64,000 bases of DNA. Origin: an uncultured Candidatus Saccharibacteria bacterium (GTDB taxonomy: Bacteria; Patescibacteriota; Doudnabacteria; UBA920). A program made the position numbers and the translations under genes. Shown one piece after another: positions 46,674 through 56,692 of the stretch; position 1 is the stretch's first letter, and the number at the start of each line of letters is the position of its first letter. The stretch is from NCBI GenBank assembly GCA_964556325.1, contig CAZKVS010000003.1, forward strand, positions 4,219 to 68,218, in the 5' to 3' direction. The notes under the pieces were generated by a model. The model had not been told where the DNA came from. It searched no databases and saw nothing but the letters and a program-made list of their open reading frames with translations.

Positions 46674-47231
46674 CTATTTTAAGGCCTCATCCTGCACCGT
46701 AAACGTATAATGGAATACAATATTAGTTGGCCGCGTCACATTTTCTAGAGGATAATCTAGTTTGGTAAAATATTCTGGCTTTGCGGCAATGTTATCGTGC
46801 AACTGTATAACTAACTCTCGGGTAGGAGCAAACCCATTCACGGCCACCTGTTTTTTATTGCTATCTACGGCGAAGCTTTGAATCTGCACCCCAGCCGGAA
46901 CGACCTCGGAAAACAACATGAGCAGTCTAGACCATCGGGGTGTACTCTTGGCAAGCGCATTATAATCGTTAATTCGGTTGTTTACCTGAGTAACCTGCTT
47001 TCTTACATCCGTACTTTCCTTGGCACTCGCGAACTGACGCAAGGTTTCCGTTTCAGCCTCTAAACTCTTTTCGTGCGCTCGCAAATACCACAAAATCCCA
47101 CCTTGCGTAAGTAACACTACACCAAAACTCACTCCCGCTATAACATACAACGAGAGCAGACCAAAAAACCAACTGCGCAAGTCCAATTGCTTCAGTTTCG
47201 CCTTGGGTAGTAAGTTAATCTGCTTTTCCAT
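46674..47231 (-). CDS. pilN: type IV pilus assembly protein PilN
   Basis: INLLP motif, single TM. Confidence 0.6.
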   Translation of the reverse strand: MEKQINLLPKAKLKQLDLRSWFFGLLSLYVIAGVSFGVVLLTQGGILWYLRAHEKSLEAETETLRQFASAKESTDVRKQVTQVNNRINDYNALAKSTPRWSRLLMLFSEVVPAGVQIQSFAVDSNKKQVAVNGFAPTRELVIQLHDNIAAKPEYFTKLDYPLENVTRPTNIVFHYTFTVQDEALK

Positions 47232-48295
47232 TATTGTAGTAAACCTCTCATGGCCAAACCTATTGTAGGGCCATAGGCTAAAATTTTATTCTCTGCAAGA
47301 CCTTCGGGAATATCCATATGTACGTTCACCGTCGCATCGGCTAATTGCACAACCAGCCCCTCCCTCTCAGCCAAAGACTCCTGCACAAACTCAACTATAT
47401 GCGCAAGACGGGCCGCACCACCAACTAACAGTATACGGGTTACTTTCTCTGTAGAATGCTGATCATGAAACGTCAGTACTTGTTTTATCTCGGTCACTAA
47501 GTTTTGCAATATGGGCAATAACAGCATTTTTAAATTGGGGTACTCTGTAGTATTAGCAAAGCCCGCCTGCGATTTTATTTCCTCCGCCCGCTTCGGCTGT
47601 AGCTCCAAGCCTTTGGCTATGGCTTCCGTCAGACTTTGCCCAGCAATAGGAATAGTGGAAGTAAACTGAATACTCCCCCGTTCGACCATTACTAAATCTG
47701 TTCGAGTCGCTTTCATGTCTGCAATTAGGAGAGTCTCCCGAGAGCCCAACGCAACAACCGCCCGCGCCAAGGCCTCAGATTGCACCTCCACTGAAACAGG
47801 AGTCAACCCTGCAAGCTCGACTGCTTTTAAAACACGGTCCACAAAATCCTTAGGTGAAGCCACGAGCAATAGCTCCACTCTTCCACCTGCTTCCCCAAGT
47901 CGTTTCCAATCTAAATAGACCTGGTCAACGGGTATTGGAATGTAACTCTCAGCCTCAAATGGTACTGCTGCATCTATTTCCGCATCGGTCATAGGAGCGA
48001 CATGGATGACACGGACAAAACAGTTGGACTCGGGTAAATTAATTGCCACATCTCGCGTAGTAAACTGCCCATACTCCTGCCTACCAAACAGCTGTTCAAG
48101 CACATGCGCTAAACCCTCGCTGTCCACGCCGCCATCACCCCCAAACACTGCTTTCGGTAATTCTGCTTCGGCAAATCCAACCACGTGAGCCGATGAAAGC
48201 GTCCCCGCCAATTGTAAACCGCGAATGTGCGTATCGCCCAAAGCGACACCCACAATTTCCGTCTGTGGGGCAAAAATGTGTTTAGAAAACTTCAT
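47231..48295 (-). CDS. pilM: type IV pilus assembly protein PilM (actin-like ATPase fold)
   Basis: 354 aa, position and size between pilC and pilN. Confidence 0.65.
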   Translation of the reverse strand: MKFSKHIFAPQTEIVGVALGDTHIRGLQLAGTLSSAHVVGFAEAELPKAVFGGDGGVDSEGLAHVLEQLFGRQEYGQFTTRDVAINLPESNCFVRVIHVAPMTDAEIDAAVPFEAESYIPIPVDQVYLDWKRLGEAGGRVELLLVASPKDFVDRVLKAVELAGLTPVSVEVQSEALARAVVALGSRETLLIADMKATRTDLVMVERGSIQFTSTIPIAGQSLTEAIAKGLELQPKRAEEIKSQAGFANTTEYPNLKMLLLPILQNLVTEIKQVLTFHDQHSTEKVTRILLVGGAARLAHIVEFVQESLAEREGLVVQLADATVNVHMDIPEGLAENKILAYGPTIGLAMRGLLQ

Positions 48296-49506
48296 TGAAT
48301 ATTGGTACCAATGTTATATATAGGAATAATAAGTGCATACGCCAAAGCACCGACAGCTCCACCTATAATTAATAGCAGTAACGGCTCAATAATGGAAGAC
48401 ATGTTTTTAAGCGTTGCATCAATTTGTGCTTCCATGTGCGTCGCGATTTGCTCTAATATAGTTTCCAACGTACCTGTTTCCTCGCCCACTTGCAACATTT
48501 GTACAATTAAAAATGGAAATAACTTCTCGTGTTCTGTGAGCACTTCAGTCAAAGGCTTTCCTACCTTCACACGCTCTGCGGAAGAGGCTATAGCTTCTTG
48601 ATACAAGGTATTAGGAATAGATTTACCCGCCACACCCAAACTTTCAACAATGGGAATACCACTCTTGAGCAAACTCGATAACACACGAGTAAAGCGAGCA
48701 ATGTTAATTTTAACGGTCAACGGACCAATACCCGGCATCACCAACGAGAGGCGGTACAACGCCTGTTTACCCATATCTGTCCGCACCAATGCCATAAAGG
48801 CCGGACCCGCCATAATCAACGCAAAGATAACCAAAACTGCGTGACCAGACATAAAATCGCTCAACCCAATAACAACCTTTGTAGCCGCTGGCATTTCCCC
48901 TCCAAAATCCTTAAAAGTGGCAGTAAGCTTTGGCAGCACAAAAATGGACATGAGCACTCCAATGGTAATCATGGCTATAAGAATAACCGAAGGATACATC
49001 ATGGCACCGCGGACACGGCTTCGTAAATCAGCCTCACGCTCAAGCTGTATCCCTAACTGACCCAAGCTCTCTTCCAGGTTCCCTGACATTTCCCCTACCT
49101 TTATCATGTTCACAAAGATATCGGAAAATACTTTGGGGTACTCTGCCATGACTTCATTGAGCTGTCGCCCGTTTTCTACACCATGCTGCAATGCAGACAA
49201 TATAGCTATAAACCTTCTGTTCTTTGTCTGCTTTGCGAGAATTTGCATAGACCGGGAAACAGGCACACCCGATTTCAACATGAGCTGCAAGTTCTCAACA
49301 AACACCAATTTTTCACCTAATGGTATAGACCGTAGACTCATGACAAAAGCGAGCGGATTCCACGCCTCTTTTGTCTCAATTAACTCTATCGGCGCCAAGC
49401 CTTGTTCCTTCAACTGATGACTCGCCACAGACAACGAACTAGCAGTTACCACACCCTGTTCTTTTTGGCCGTTATTCTTTAAAATTGTATAAGTAAATTT
49501 TGGCAA
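48292..49506 (-). CDS. pilC: type IV pilus platform protein PilC (GspF family); apparent TTG start
   Basis: 404 aa, two GspF-like halves, 3 TM. Confidence 0.8.
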   Translation of the reverse strand: MPKFTYTILKNNGQKEQGVVTASSLSVASHQLKEQGLAPIELIETKEAWNPLAFVMSLRSIPLGEKLVFVENLQLMLKSGVPVSRSMQILAKQTKNRRFIAILSALQHGVENGRQLNEVMAEYPKVFSDIFVNMIKVGEMSGNLEESLGQLGIQLEREADLRSRVRGAMMYPSVILIAMITIGVLMSIFVLPKLTATFKDFGGEMPAATKVVIGLSDFMSGHAVLVIFALIMAGPAFMALVRTDMGKQALYRLSLVMPGIGPLTVKINIARFTRVLSSLLKSGIPIVESLGVAGKSIPNTLYQEAIASSAERVKVGKPLTEVLTEHEKLFPFLIVQMLQVGEETGTLETILEQIATHMEAQIDATLKNMSSIIEPLLLLIIGGAVGALAYALIIPIYNIGTNIQ

Positions 49507-49512
49507 TCAGTT

Positions 49513-49552
49513 AGCTTCTGCAGCTTCGGAAGCTTCTACAGCTTCGGAAGCT
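49513..49552. repeat. 2.2 tandem copies of 18-nt unit AGCTTCT(G/A)CAGCTTCGGA, self-complementary
   Basis: read directly in the pilB-pilC spacer. Confidence 0.7.
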
Positions 49553-49558
49553 AATTAG

Positions 49559-51343
49559 TTACTCTTTAGACACTCTCAATACTTCATCAATGGTGGTAAC
49601 GCCTTGTAACGCTTTGATAAATCCATCCTGCCACATTAAAATCATGCCGTTGTTTTGGGCTGTTTCCTGAATCTCCTGCGCAGTCTTCTTCTGCACAATT
49701 TCTGCAGCAATATCTGTAGTAACTTCAAGCAATTCATGAAGGCCAATACGGCCTTTATACCCCGTAGGCCCACACTTATCACACCCTTGTGGCTTGCGGA
49801 AGGTTAAGTCTTCAAAACGGGTGGCATCTTTGGGGAGCAATTTGAGGTGTGTAAAGAGTTCCATCATTTTTTCTAAATTAAACTCTTTAGAAATAACTTC
49901 AATAAAGCCGGCATCCGGTTTGTAGGGCTGGTTACAATCGGGACACAAAACCCGCACTAACCGCTGAGCCATTACTCCGTTCGTGGTTGAAGCAATGAGG
50001 TAAGGCTCTACGCCAATATCCAATAAACGGGCAGGCGCACCAGCGGCGGAGTTAGTGTGCAAAGTAGACAACACAATATGCCCCGTCATGGCAGCATGAA
50101 CCGCTTCTTCTGCCGTTTCCTGATCACGAATTTCTCCAATCATAATAATGTTTGGGTCTTGCCGAAGCAGTGCGCGCAAACCTATGGCGAAGGTCAAGCC
50201 AATTTTAGGGTTAACCTGCATTTGATTGGCCCGTTCAATGCGGTATTCTACCGGATCTTCAATGGAAGAGATGTTAACACTTGCGGTATTGAGCAACGTA
50301 AGCAGCGCATACAGCGTGGTAGACTTACCGCTTCCGGTAGGACCGGTAACCAAAAGCATACCGTGAGACTTATGAATAATGCGCTGCACTATTTCTAACT
50401 GTTCGGGCAAAAAGCCCAACTGCTCTAAAGTCATAGCTTTACTGGACTCATCGAGCAAACGCATAACCACTTTTTCGCCATCAAAGACCGGAATGGTAGA
50501 TACACGCAAAGAAAACCGGTATCCGTCTTTCTCTACCTTAAAACGACCATCTTGCGGTAACCGATGTTCATCAATCTTCAAATCTGACAACACTTTAATA
50601 CGTGCGACTAAAGCCGGTTGAATCATTTTAGGCAGCGTCATCACGTCGTGAAGAATACCATCTATACGATATCGAACAGTGACTGCATTCTCTTGAGGCT
50701 CAATATGAATATCAGAGGCTTTCTCAAAAATAGCGTACTCAAGTAACGTATCCACCACCCGGATGACTGGAATTTCTCCAGCCATCTTTTTTAAACCTTC
50801 TACTTCGTCTGGTTTAGTCGTACTTGTAGCAGATTCCGTTTTAATGGTTGGTTCACCCCCGACCAAATGCTTAATTTCACCCTCTAAGTTAGAGTGGTAC
50901 TTAGCCAAGCCAAAATCTAAACTGGTTTTACCAATGAGAAACAAGAGAATAGGTAGCCCGGTCTTCTTTTGAATAAATTCTCTGGTTTGTAAATCGGTTG
51001 GGTCTACCATTGCCAAATGCAACCCCTCTTTGGTTTTGGCAAAGCTGATTATTTTATGCCTATGCGCTATGGGCTCTGGTACAAGTTGTAGCACTTCCTG
51101 ATCTATGCGTTCAGTTCGTAAATCCACCACCGGAATAGCCAACATTTCGCCCTTTACCTGTAGCAGCTGTTCCTCAGTTATACCCCCTTTTTCCAATAAT
51201 AAATCTTCCCAGTTGCCTCGTACGGCTTGTGGGTCATTTTGTAAACTCGCGACAACGTCAGCGGTAATTATTTTTTTTTGTTTCAGTACTTTTACGAGTT
51301 CTGGAGTATCCATAGCATATAAGGGCCTATTGCCGAATATCAT
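49559..51343 (-). CDS. pilB: type IV pilus assembly ATPase PilB (GspE family)
   Basis: LLVTGPTGSGKSTTLYALL Walker A, CxxC-x-CxxC tetracysteine, N-terminal GspE_N. Confidence 0.9.
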   Translation of the reverse strand: MIFGNRPLYAMDTPELVKVLKQKKIITADVVASLQNDPQAVRGNWEDLLLEKGGITEEQLLQVKGEMLAIPVVDLRTERIDQEVLQLVPEPIAHRHKIISFAKTKEGLHLAMVDPTDLQTREFIQKKTGLPILLFLIGKTSLDFGLAKYHSNLEGEIKHLVGGEPTIKTESATSTTKPDEVEGLKKMAGEIPVIRVVDTLLEYAIFEKASDIHIEPQENAVTVRYRIDGILHDVMTLPKMIQPALVARIKVLSDLKIDEHRLPQDGRFKVEKDGYRFSLRVSTIPVFDGEKVVMRLLDESSKAMTLEQLGFLPEQLEIVQRIIHKSHGMLLVTGPTGSGKSTTLYALLTLLNTASVNISSIEDPVEYRIERANQMQVNPKIGLTFAIGLRALLRQDPNIIMIGEIRDQETAEEAVHAAMTGHIVLSTLHTNSAAGAPARLLDIGVEPYLIASTTNGVMAQRLVRVLCPDCNQPYKPDAGFIEVISKEFNLEKMMELFTHLKLLPKDATRFEDLTFRKPQGCDKCGPTGYKGRIGLHELLEVTTDIAAEIVQKKTAQEIQETAQNNGMILMWQDGFIKALQGVTTIDEVLRVSKE

Positions 51344-51484
51344 TTGGACTGCAATTTCAAAATTTCGGCACCTTGTCCCAAAAATTTTTCTACCGTAACT
51401 ACTATTACGCTCTCAAAATTTTTGCGCCAATCTGCTCGAAATTTTTTAGTTTCGTCTACAAAGCATATTCGGCAATCGACCCGT

Positions 51485-51508
51485 CAGACCTGCGTGCCGC
51501 AGGTCTTT
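51485..51508. other. hairpin agacctgcg-tgcc-gcaggtct
   Basis: 9-bp stem in pilB upstream region. Confidence 0.4.
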
Positions 51509-51531
51509 CTTATATCTATAGTATACCATAA

Positions 51532-51622
51532 ATGCAGAATTATGAATTTAGAATTATGAAGCATGAAAGTTACACCTGTGGCCCACAATTCATAATTCCT
51601 GATTCATAATTCATTATTCTGC
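51532..51622. promoter_or_regulatory. ~90-bp imperfect palindrome built from AATTATGAA / TTCATAATT repeats (candidate operator or RNA stem-loop)
   Basis: cagaattatgaatttagaattatgaag ... caattcataattcctgattcataattcattattctg. Confidence 0.45.
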
Positions 51623-51629
51623 GTTCCGC

Positions 51630-52943
51630 CTATCGGCCTTTCCAAGCCAACACATAGTATAAAGTCTTTAAGATTATCTCCACATCAAACAGTAATGACC
51701 GGTGTTTGATGTAGTACAAGTCATATTGCAACTTCCGCCGTGTCTCGGCCACGGAAGATGCATAAGAATCATTGATTTGCGCCCAACCAGTTAAGCCCGG
51801 CTTAACCCAATGACGTTCGTCATAAAATGGTATAGTCTGGTTCAGACTTTCAACTATATGCGGCTGTTCCGGCCGCGGACCTACCAAGCTCATATTTCCC
51901 CGCAATAAGTTTAAACATTGAGGGAGTTCATCTAAACGACTGCGCCGCAAAATCTTACCGACCGGAGTAATTCTGCTGTCGTTTCGTGCGGTCCATGTAT
52001 TGGTTACAGTCCCCTGCATGGTCCGGTATTTATACACGAAAAAGCGCTTATTCCCCTCTCCCACTCGCTCCTGAATAAATAAAATATTCCCCCGCGAACT
52101 TAATTTTATTAAGAGAGCAATAAGCGGAAAAGTGAACACAAATACCCCCAAGCCCACGAGCCCTGCCACTATGTCCATACCCCGTTTAACAATAGTATAC
52201 AGTCGCTTTTCTTTATAACTCACATTCTCTAAAAACCACGTTTCTGTCACTTCCGAAAGGTACACCTTGCGAAGTAATCTTTCATAAAACAACGTATGAC
52301 TATAAAATACCACTCCGCGCTTCCGGAGCCGATAGAGCTGGCTCAGCACATCAGGCTTGAGGTGCAAATTATCTGGTACAATTATACCTGCATTTTTTAT
52401 AATCTCCGTGGTATCCAAGTTGTCTTCATGCAAGTGAGCTACAATGCGATATCCTAAAAAATCATGCTTTCGGATTTCACCCACAAGCTCGGCTAATTCA
52501 TTTTGAAAAGAAAACGCATATAAATATTCCACCATCCGATTCTTTAAAAAATACTTCACCACTAAATGCCAACCGAGGATTAGAACCGAAGCTATGCCAA
52601 GTATAATCAAAAGAAACCTACGGGGGGTAATAATAAGTCCGGGTTGCGAGTAAAAATACAGCACAGCAACTAACCCGTTAGTCGCCATAGCTGAAAACAA
52701 ATTTCGCAGAAGCACAGAGTAACGTCGAAAGGTAGAAACTTCAAATAAGTTATAGACGAAGAAAATAACCACCCAAGCCACAAACACCACGGAAAAAGCT
52801 CGGAGATGCGTAGCCCAACTATGTGTATCCAACCCGCCTTCATACCGTAATGTGACGGCGAGCCAGAGACTTACATACAAGAGTATGATGTCTGGAACTA
52901 GCACTAACCACAGAATGACATATTTTCGTACCATAAAAAACAA
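51630..52943 (-). CDS. polyprenyl-phosphate sugar phosphotransferase (WbaP/WcaJ-type bacterial sugar transferase)
   Basis: C-terminal LVGPRPE...GLTGWAQI sugar-transferase domain. Confidence 0.8.
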   Translation of the reverse strand: MFFMVRKYVILWLVLVPDIILLYVSLWLAVTLRYEGGLDTHSWATHLRAFSVVFVAWVVIFFVYNLFEVSTFRRYSVLLRNLFSAMATNGLVAVLYFYSQPGLIITPRRFLLIILGIASVLILGWHLVVKYFLKNRMVEYLYAFSFQNELAELVGEIRKHDFLGYRIVAHLHEDNLDTTEIIKNAGIIVPDNLHLKPDVLSQLYRLRKRGVVFYSHTLFYERLLRKVYLSEVTETWFLENVSYKEKRLYTIVKRGMDIVAGLVGLGVFVFTFPLIALLIKLSSRGNILFIQERVGEGNKRFFVYKYRTMQGTVTNTWTARNDSRITPVGKILRRSRLDELPQCLNLLRGNMSLVGPRPEQPHIVESLNQTIPFYDERHWVKPGLTGWAQINDSYASSVAETRRKLQYDLYYIKHRSLLFDVEIILKTLYYVLAWKGR

Positions 52944-52946
52944 AAT

Positions 52947-53705
52947 CTAGAAGTTCAAGTATAACCGTACTCGGAGGAACGCACTCGCCAGCCGCAGCCA
53001 TGGATAGCGCCCTGAATACGCCCGGATAAGACGTAACTGTTTGCGCAAAAAACTCTGAAATCTACCCTTAGTATACAAAGACTGCCGATATCGCACAAAA
53101 ACCTCAGGAAAATTGTACATGCGCCCCCGCAAACCCAATCGTAGCCATAAATCATAGTCTTCAGCAAAGTCTTCGCCATCAGACTTAAAGCCGCCAACCG
53201 CTAGAGCTACTTCCCGCCGAAACATAACAGTCGAAGTAAAAAAGTTGTTCCGAAATAACATTGTCCGTCGAATGGTCTGGTCCGATTCCGGTCGAAAAAC
53301 TTTTTTAGACTGCTCCATTATAGTTTTACCATCCGCTATTTCCATTGCACCTCCAAGCAATACAGTGTCTGGGTGCTCGTCCAAATACTGGACTTGTTTT
53401 TGGAGTTTACGAGTATCAAGCCATATATCATCGTCATCAAGCAGAGCCACGTATGTACCGGTAGAAGCCTGCAATGCTTCCTGCCTACTTCGAGTTATAC
53501 CAATAGACGTTGGGTGCGTAATAATTTTTACAGTGGGAACTACCTCTCGCAATCTGGCCAAGACAGCAGAAGTGGCATCGGATGAGCCGTCATTGACGAC
53601 GACTAGTTCTACGTCACTGAAAGTTTGGTTTGTAATGGACGTTAAAGCAGCAGGAAGCTGTGCTTCCCTATTTTTGGTAAGAATGATAACAGAAACAATA
53701 TGCAT
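52947..53705 (-). CDS. family 2 glycosyltransferase
   Basis: VIILTKNREAQL..VVNDGSSD..LDDDD. Confidence 0.75.
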   Translation of the reverse strand: MHIVSVIILTKNREAQLPAALTSITNQTFSDVELVVVNDGSSDATSAVLARLREVVPTVKIITHPTSIGITRSRQEALQASTGTYVALLDDDDIWLDTRKLQKQVQYLDEHPDTVLLGGAMEIADGKTIMEQSKKVFRPESDQTIRRTMLFRNNFFTSTVMFRREVALAVGGFKSDGEDFAEDYDLWLRLGLRGRMYNFPEVFVRYRQSLYTKGRFQSFLRKQLRLIRAYSGRYPWLRLASAFLRVRLYLNF

Positions 53706-53726
53706 AGAATGTACCGACCGACCCCC

Positions 53727-54461
53727 CTACTTTGTAAATACAAAACACCCGCAGGCGTACCGAGACTCAGCGAGGTCAGCGGGCTGCATAGCCGAATGAA
53801 AATGCCCCGCGTCGTCCACCCCCGCAAATTCTTCTAAGCGCAATTGGTCAAAATACTCTAAAATAGCCCCAGGATTATGAACACGGTGAGCATTAAAATA
53901 AGTTACTGACTGACCAACCGGCAGGGCAAAATACAACCTCCCGCCAGGTGCCAATACTCGCTGTAATTCTTTGCAGGCCTTCTTTGTACCTTCAGCATCC
54001 AACGGATCCCCGTACCTCCCGAGACCAATATGCTCAGCCACATGCAAACACGACAATGAATCTAACGAGTTATCCGCAAACGGCAACTCTAATATACTTC
54101 CCGGCTTGCAGGTAAAATTATTAAAGTCTAATGCAATGGGACGGATATCAACAAATGTCACAGGCACGACAGTTGTCGCCATGGATAAAAACCGGATGGA
54201 AGATCCCACGTCCACATGCTCCTTGGGTAGCCGTTGTTGTATGTGTTTAAAAGCCCAACGGTCCATGTACACGTAATGCTTATCAAACGTGTGCGCCGCA
54301 CTTGCTTTATCCCATAATTGAGGAAACAGGAGCAACTTCTGGGGGCTGCGTTGAGTACTAGTCAGATGCCGATACCGATATACATCTCGCACATACCAAA
54401 AAATTCCGCCACATAATTGGGTGCTCCATCTCCATATTTTTTTCAAAACTCTATAAGCCAT
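53727..54461 (-). CDS. class I SAM-dependent methyltransferase (putative sugar methyltransferase)
   Basis: VDVGSSIRF, LHVAEHIGLGRYGD, GGRLYFALP. Confidence 0.5.
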   Translation of the reverse strand: MAYRVLKKIWRWSTQLCGGIFWYVRDVYRYRHLTSTQRSPQKLLLFPQLWDKASAAHTFDKHYVYMDRWAFKHIQQRLPKEHVDVGSSIRFLSMATTVVPVTFVDIRPIALDFNNFTCKPGSILELPFADNSLDSLSCLHVAEHIGLGRYGDPLDAEGTKKACKELQRVLAPGGRLYFALPVGQSVTYFNAHRVHNPGAILEYFDQLRLEEFAGVDDAGHFHSAMQPADLAESRYACGCFVFTK

Positions 54462-55071
54462 GGGGGGTTATTCTAATAATATCTCCGGACACGTGCACCG
54501 ATAAATCCGGACGCGCCGTATGTAAGGTCTCCCGCAACCAATCTATGCGGGGATACCCTCCCTCACCCACGAATAAACGAGCATCGTCAATTAAAATGGC
54601 AAAAGGCACGTTGCATTGTTCAATAATGGCCCTTACTTCTGCCACCACTGGAGTGTCAATTTCTGCTCTAGCGGTTACACCACCAGAGTAGTGACCATCC
54701 AACCAAAACAACGTAGGTGCATGAAGTTGTGAAATGACATTCGGAAGCACGACTGCGCTATCCCCCTGCCATAGAACCACCGTCTGGTTCTCGCTAAATC
54801 GGGAGCGCGCGCGTCTGTAAAACTCAGTGCTTAGCTCTACCGAATGAATGCGCTCGAATACATCTTTCATGGCAAAAACCATATCACCCATATACGTACC
54901 CGTCTCGACTAAAACACCTAGCTTAAACTCCGCGGCGTACTGATGTATGGTCCGCTGCTTGTATAGATGCGGTGAAGGACCCACAGCAGGCAAGACCCTC
55001 CAACGGGCATAGTCAAGATACTGTCGGGTCCGCGATACAAGTGGGTTATACTTAATAAAATCTCGAATCAT
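54451..55071 (-). CDS. TylF/CmcI-like O-methyltransferase
   Basis: LVETGTYMGD SAM motif, LDGHYS. Confidence 0.5.
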   Translation of the reverse strand: MIRDFIKYNPLVSRTRQYLDYARWRVLPAVGPSPHLYKQRTIHQYAAEFKLGVLVETGTYMGDMVFAMKDVFERIHSVELSTEFYRRARSRFSENQTVVLWQGDSAVVLPNVISQLHAPTLFWLDGHYSGGVTARAEIDTPVVAEVRAIIEQCNVPFAILIDDARLFVGEGGYPRIDWLRETLHTARPDLSVHVSGDIIRITPHGL

Positions 55072-55072
55072 A

Positions 55073-55981
55073 CTATATGATAACTGCTAAAAACTTCTGA
55101 GCCGCCGCCTCGGGAGTAAAATTGTGCAAATGATAACTTCTGGGAGCATATTGCTCTAAACGACTCCAAAATACATCCCACTGAGCCGGTAAATCGAGCC
55201 CACTCGTGAAAGTCATACCACACTGGTCGGTTAAATAAGGCGCCGGACTACTGCCCGCATAGGCATACCTTTTGTGCTCCATTTTACCACCATCCCAAAC
55301 CAAAGTTGGGACATCCATCATCCATGCTTCATGCACTGCAAGACCCTGACTCTCAGAAGTAGATAAAACTATCATAGCATGCGCTTTAGATAAATCTGCA
55401 AGATACTCTGAACGCGCATACGATCCGTATGTATAGACTTTAGATGCAACTCCCCGACCGCTTAAAAAACTCAAAACATCGTTATATATATTCTCCGGAG
55501 CGTTCTTTTGATAGACCAAAACCAAGTTCTTTTCTGAAGAAACCGCCAACGGCAGAGTGGAAACACCTGCGGCCCACACTACAATACGGGTCCGAGCCGT
55601 GGGCATATACGTTAGACAGAAGTCTAGCACCCACTGAGACGGGACCAAAAACCGGTCAATGACCGGATGGAATATTATACCCCCATGCTCGTTGGGCATG
55701 GCTATGTTCGGCCCCGCAATTAAACTACCTATTCGTCCTCTCTGTTTTTGTTTAATAGCCCAGCGCAATGTTCCAACTCCGCTCAGGACACAGACGGTAA
55801 CTCCTAATGGTATATGACGAGCGTTCACTCGATAATCCTGACCAATGGCCGTCAACCCCTGACAAAGACTGTCAAATACCATTGCAGGTCCGCGAACTTG
55901 GCGGTGTATAATTCGCTTTATCCAAACCTTAACGCGCCGCGCCAAAGTAAATTCTTCATTATACAAATATATAGTTTGCAT
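55073..55981 (-). CDS. GT4-like glycosyltransferase (divergent)
   Basis: ESQGLAVHEAWMMDVPTLV resembles the GT-B E-x7-E region. Confidence 0.5.
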   Translation of the reverse strand: MQTIYLYNEEFTLARRVKVWIKRIIHRQVRGPAMVFDSLCQGLTAIGQDYRVNARHIPLGVTVCVLSGVGTLRWAIKQKQRGRIGSLIAGPNIAMPNEHGGIIFHPVIDRFLVPSQWVLDFCLTYMPTARTRIVVWAAGVSTLPLAVSSEKNLVLVYQKNAPENIYNDVLSFLSGRGVASKVYTYGSYARSEYLADLSKAHAMIVLSTSESQGLAVHEAWMMDVPTLVWDGGKMEHKRYAYAGSSPAPYLTDQCGMTFTSGLDLPAQWDVFWSRLEQYAPRSYHLHNFTPEAAAQKFLAVII

Positions 55982-56010
55982 ACCTAACCAAAATTTCCGA
56001 ACTGCTTGTT

Positions 56011-56688
56011 CTATAGCCGAATTTGTTCGCCTGTTGCTATATTATCCCACCACAACTCTAAAAATGGAACGTCTGTATAGTGAATGCCCCGCGACCGAAT
56101 AAACTTATATAAATCACGCTCTATGCTTAACTCTTGGGACACCAACTTTTGTGGACTAGCCTGTTCAGCGTAATCTCTTAACACGTGTGTTTCAGCCGCT
56201 ACCATACCTGTAGCGATAGTGGTCACATGCCACGGAAGTACCCCCCCTCGCATAACCCAGTCTTTCATTACCCTAAAATAGTTACCTGGCTGTGCGAGAA
56301 ATCTTTCAAAAAAAGAAAAGTTAATCAAATTCTGCCGGGGCTCGAAATGAACAACATGCCTATACTCTGTGGGTAACTTACGAAGTACGTGTTTCCATTG
56401 AATAGCAAGCCCTGCTCCTTTATTCTTTTTACCGAGTTCGTTGTCCCAAAAAAAATCGGTCCACTTAAAATTGGGAATATCTTGCATCGCGCGAATCAGT
56501 CTCCCGTCGAGCAGCTCAGGATGTTCAACGGTGTTGTCTACAGCAAAAACGTCAAACTCTGAATGCAAATCAACCAATTCTTTTATTTGCATTAAGCCAT
56601 TCACATATTGTGCAATTCTTGCTTCCCTGTTTGGAAATGAAGGCAAGGTCGTAACATACGCCGTAGAAATTAACAAAGCATATTTCAT
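56011..56688 (-). CDS. hypothetical protein in glycan cluster (start set at MKYALLI, 4 nt after degT stop)
   Basis: Trp-rich 225 aa; longer ORF-track version would overlap the DegT gene by 160 nt. Confidence 0.4.
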   Translation of the reverse strand: MKYALLISTAYVTTLPSFPNREARIAQYVNGLMQIKELVDLHSEFDVFAVDNTVEHPELLDGRLIRAMQDIPNFKWTDFFWDNELGKKNKGAGLAIQWKHVLRKLPTEYRHVVHFEPRQNLINFSFFERFLAQPGNYFRVMKDWVMRGGVLPWHVTTIATGMVAAETHVLRDYAEQASPQKLVSQELSIERDLYKFIRSRGIHYTDVPFLELWWDNIATGEQIRL

Positions 56689-56692
56689 TTTT

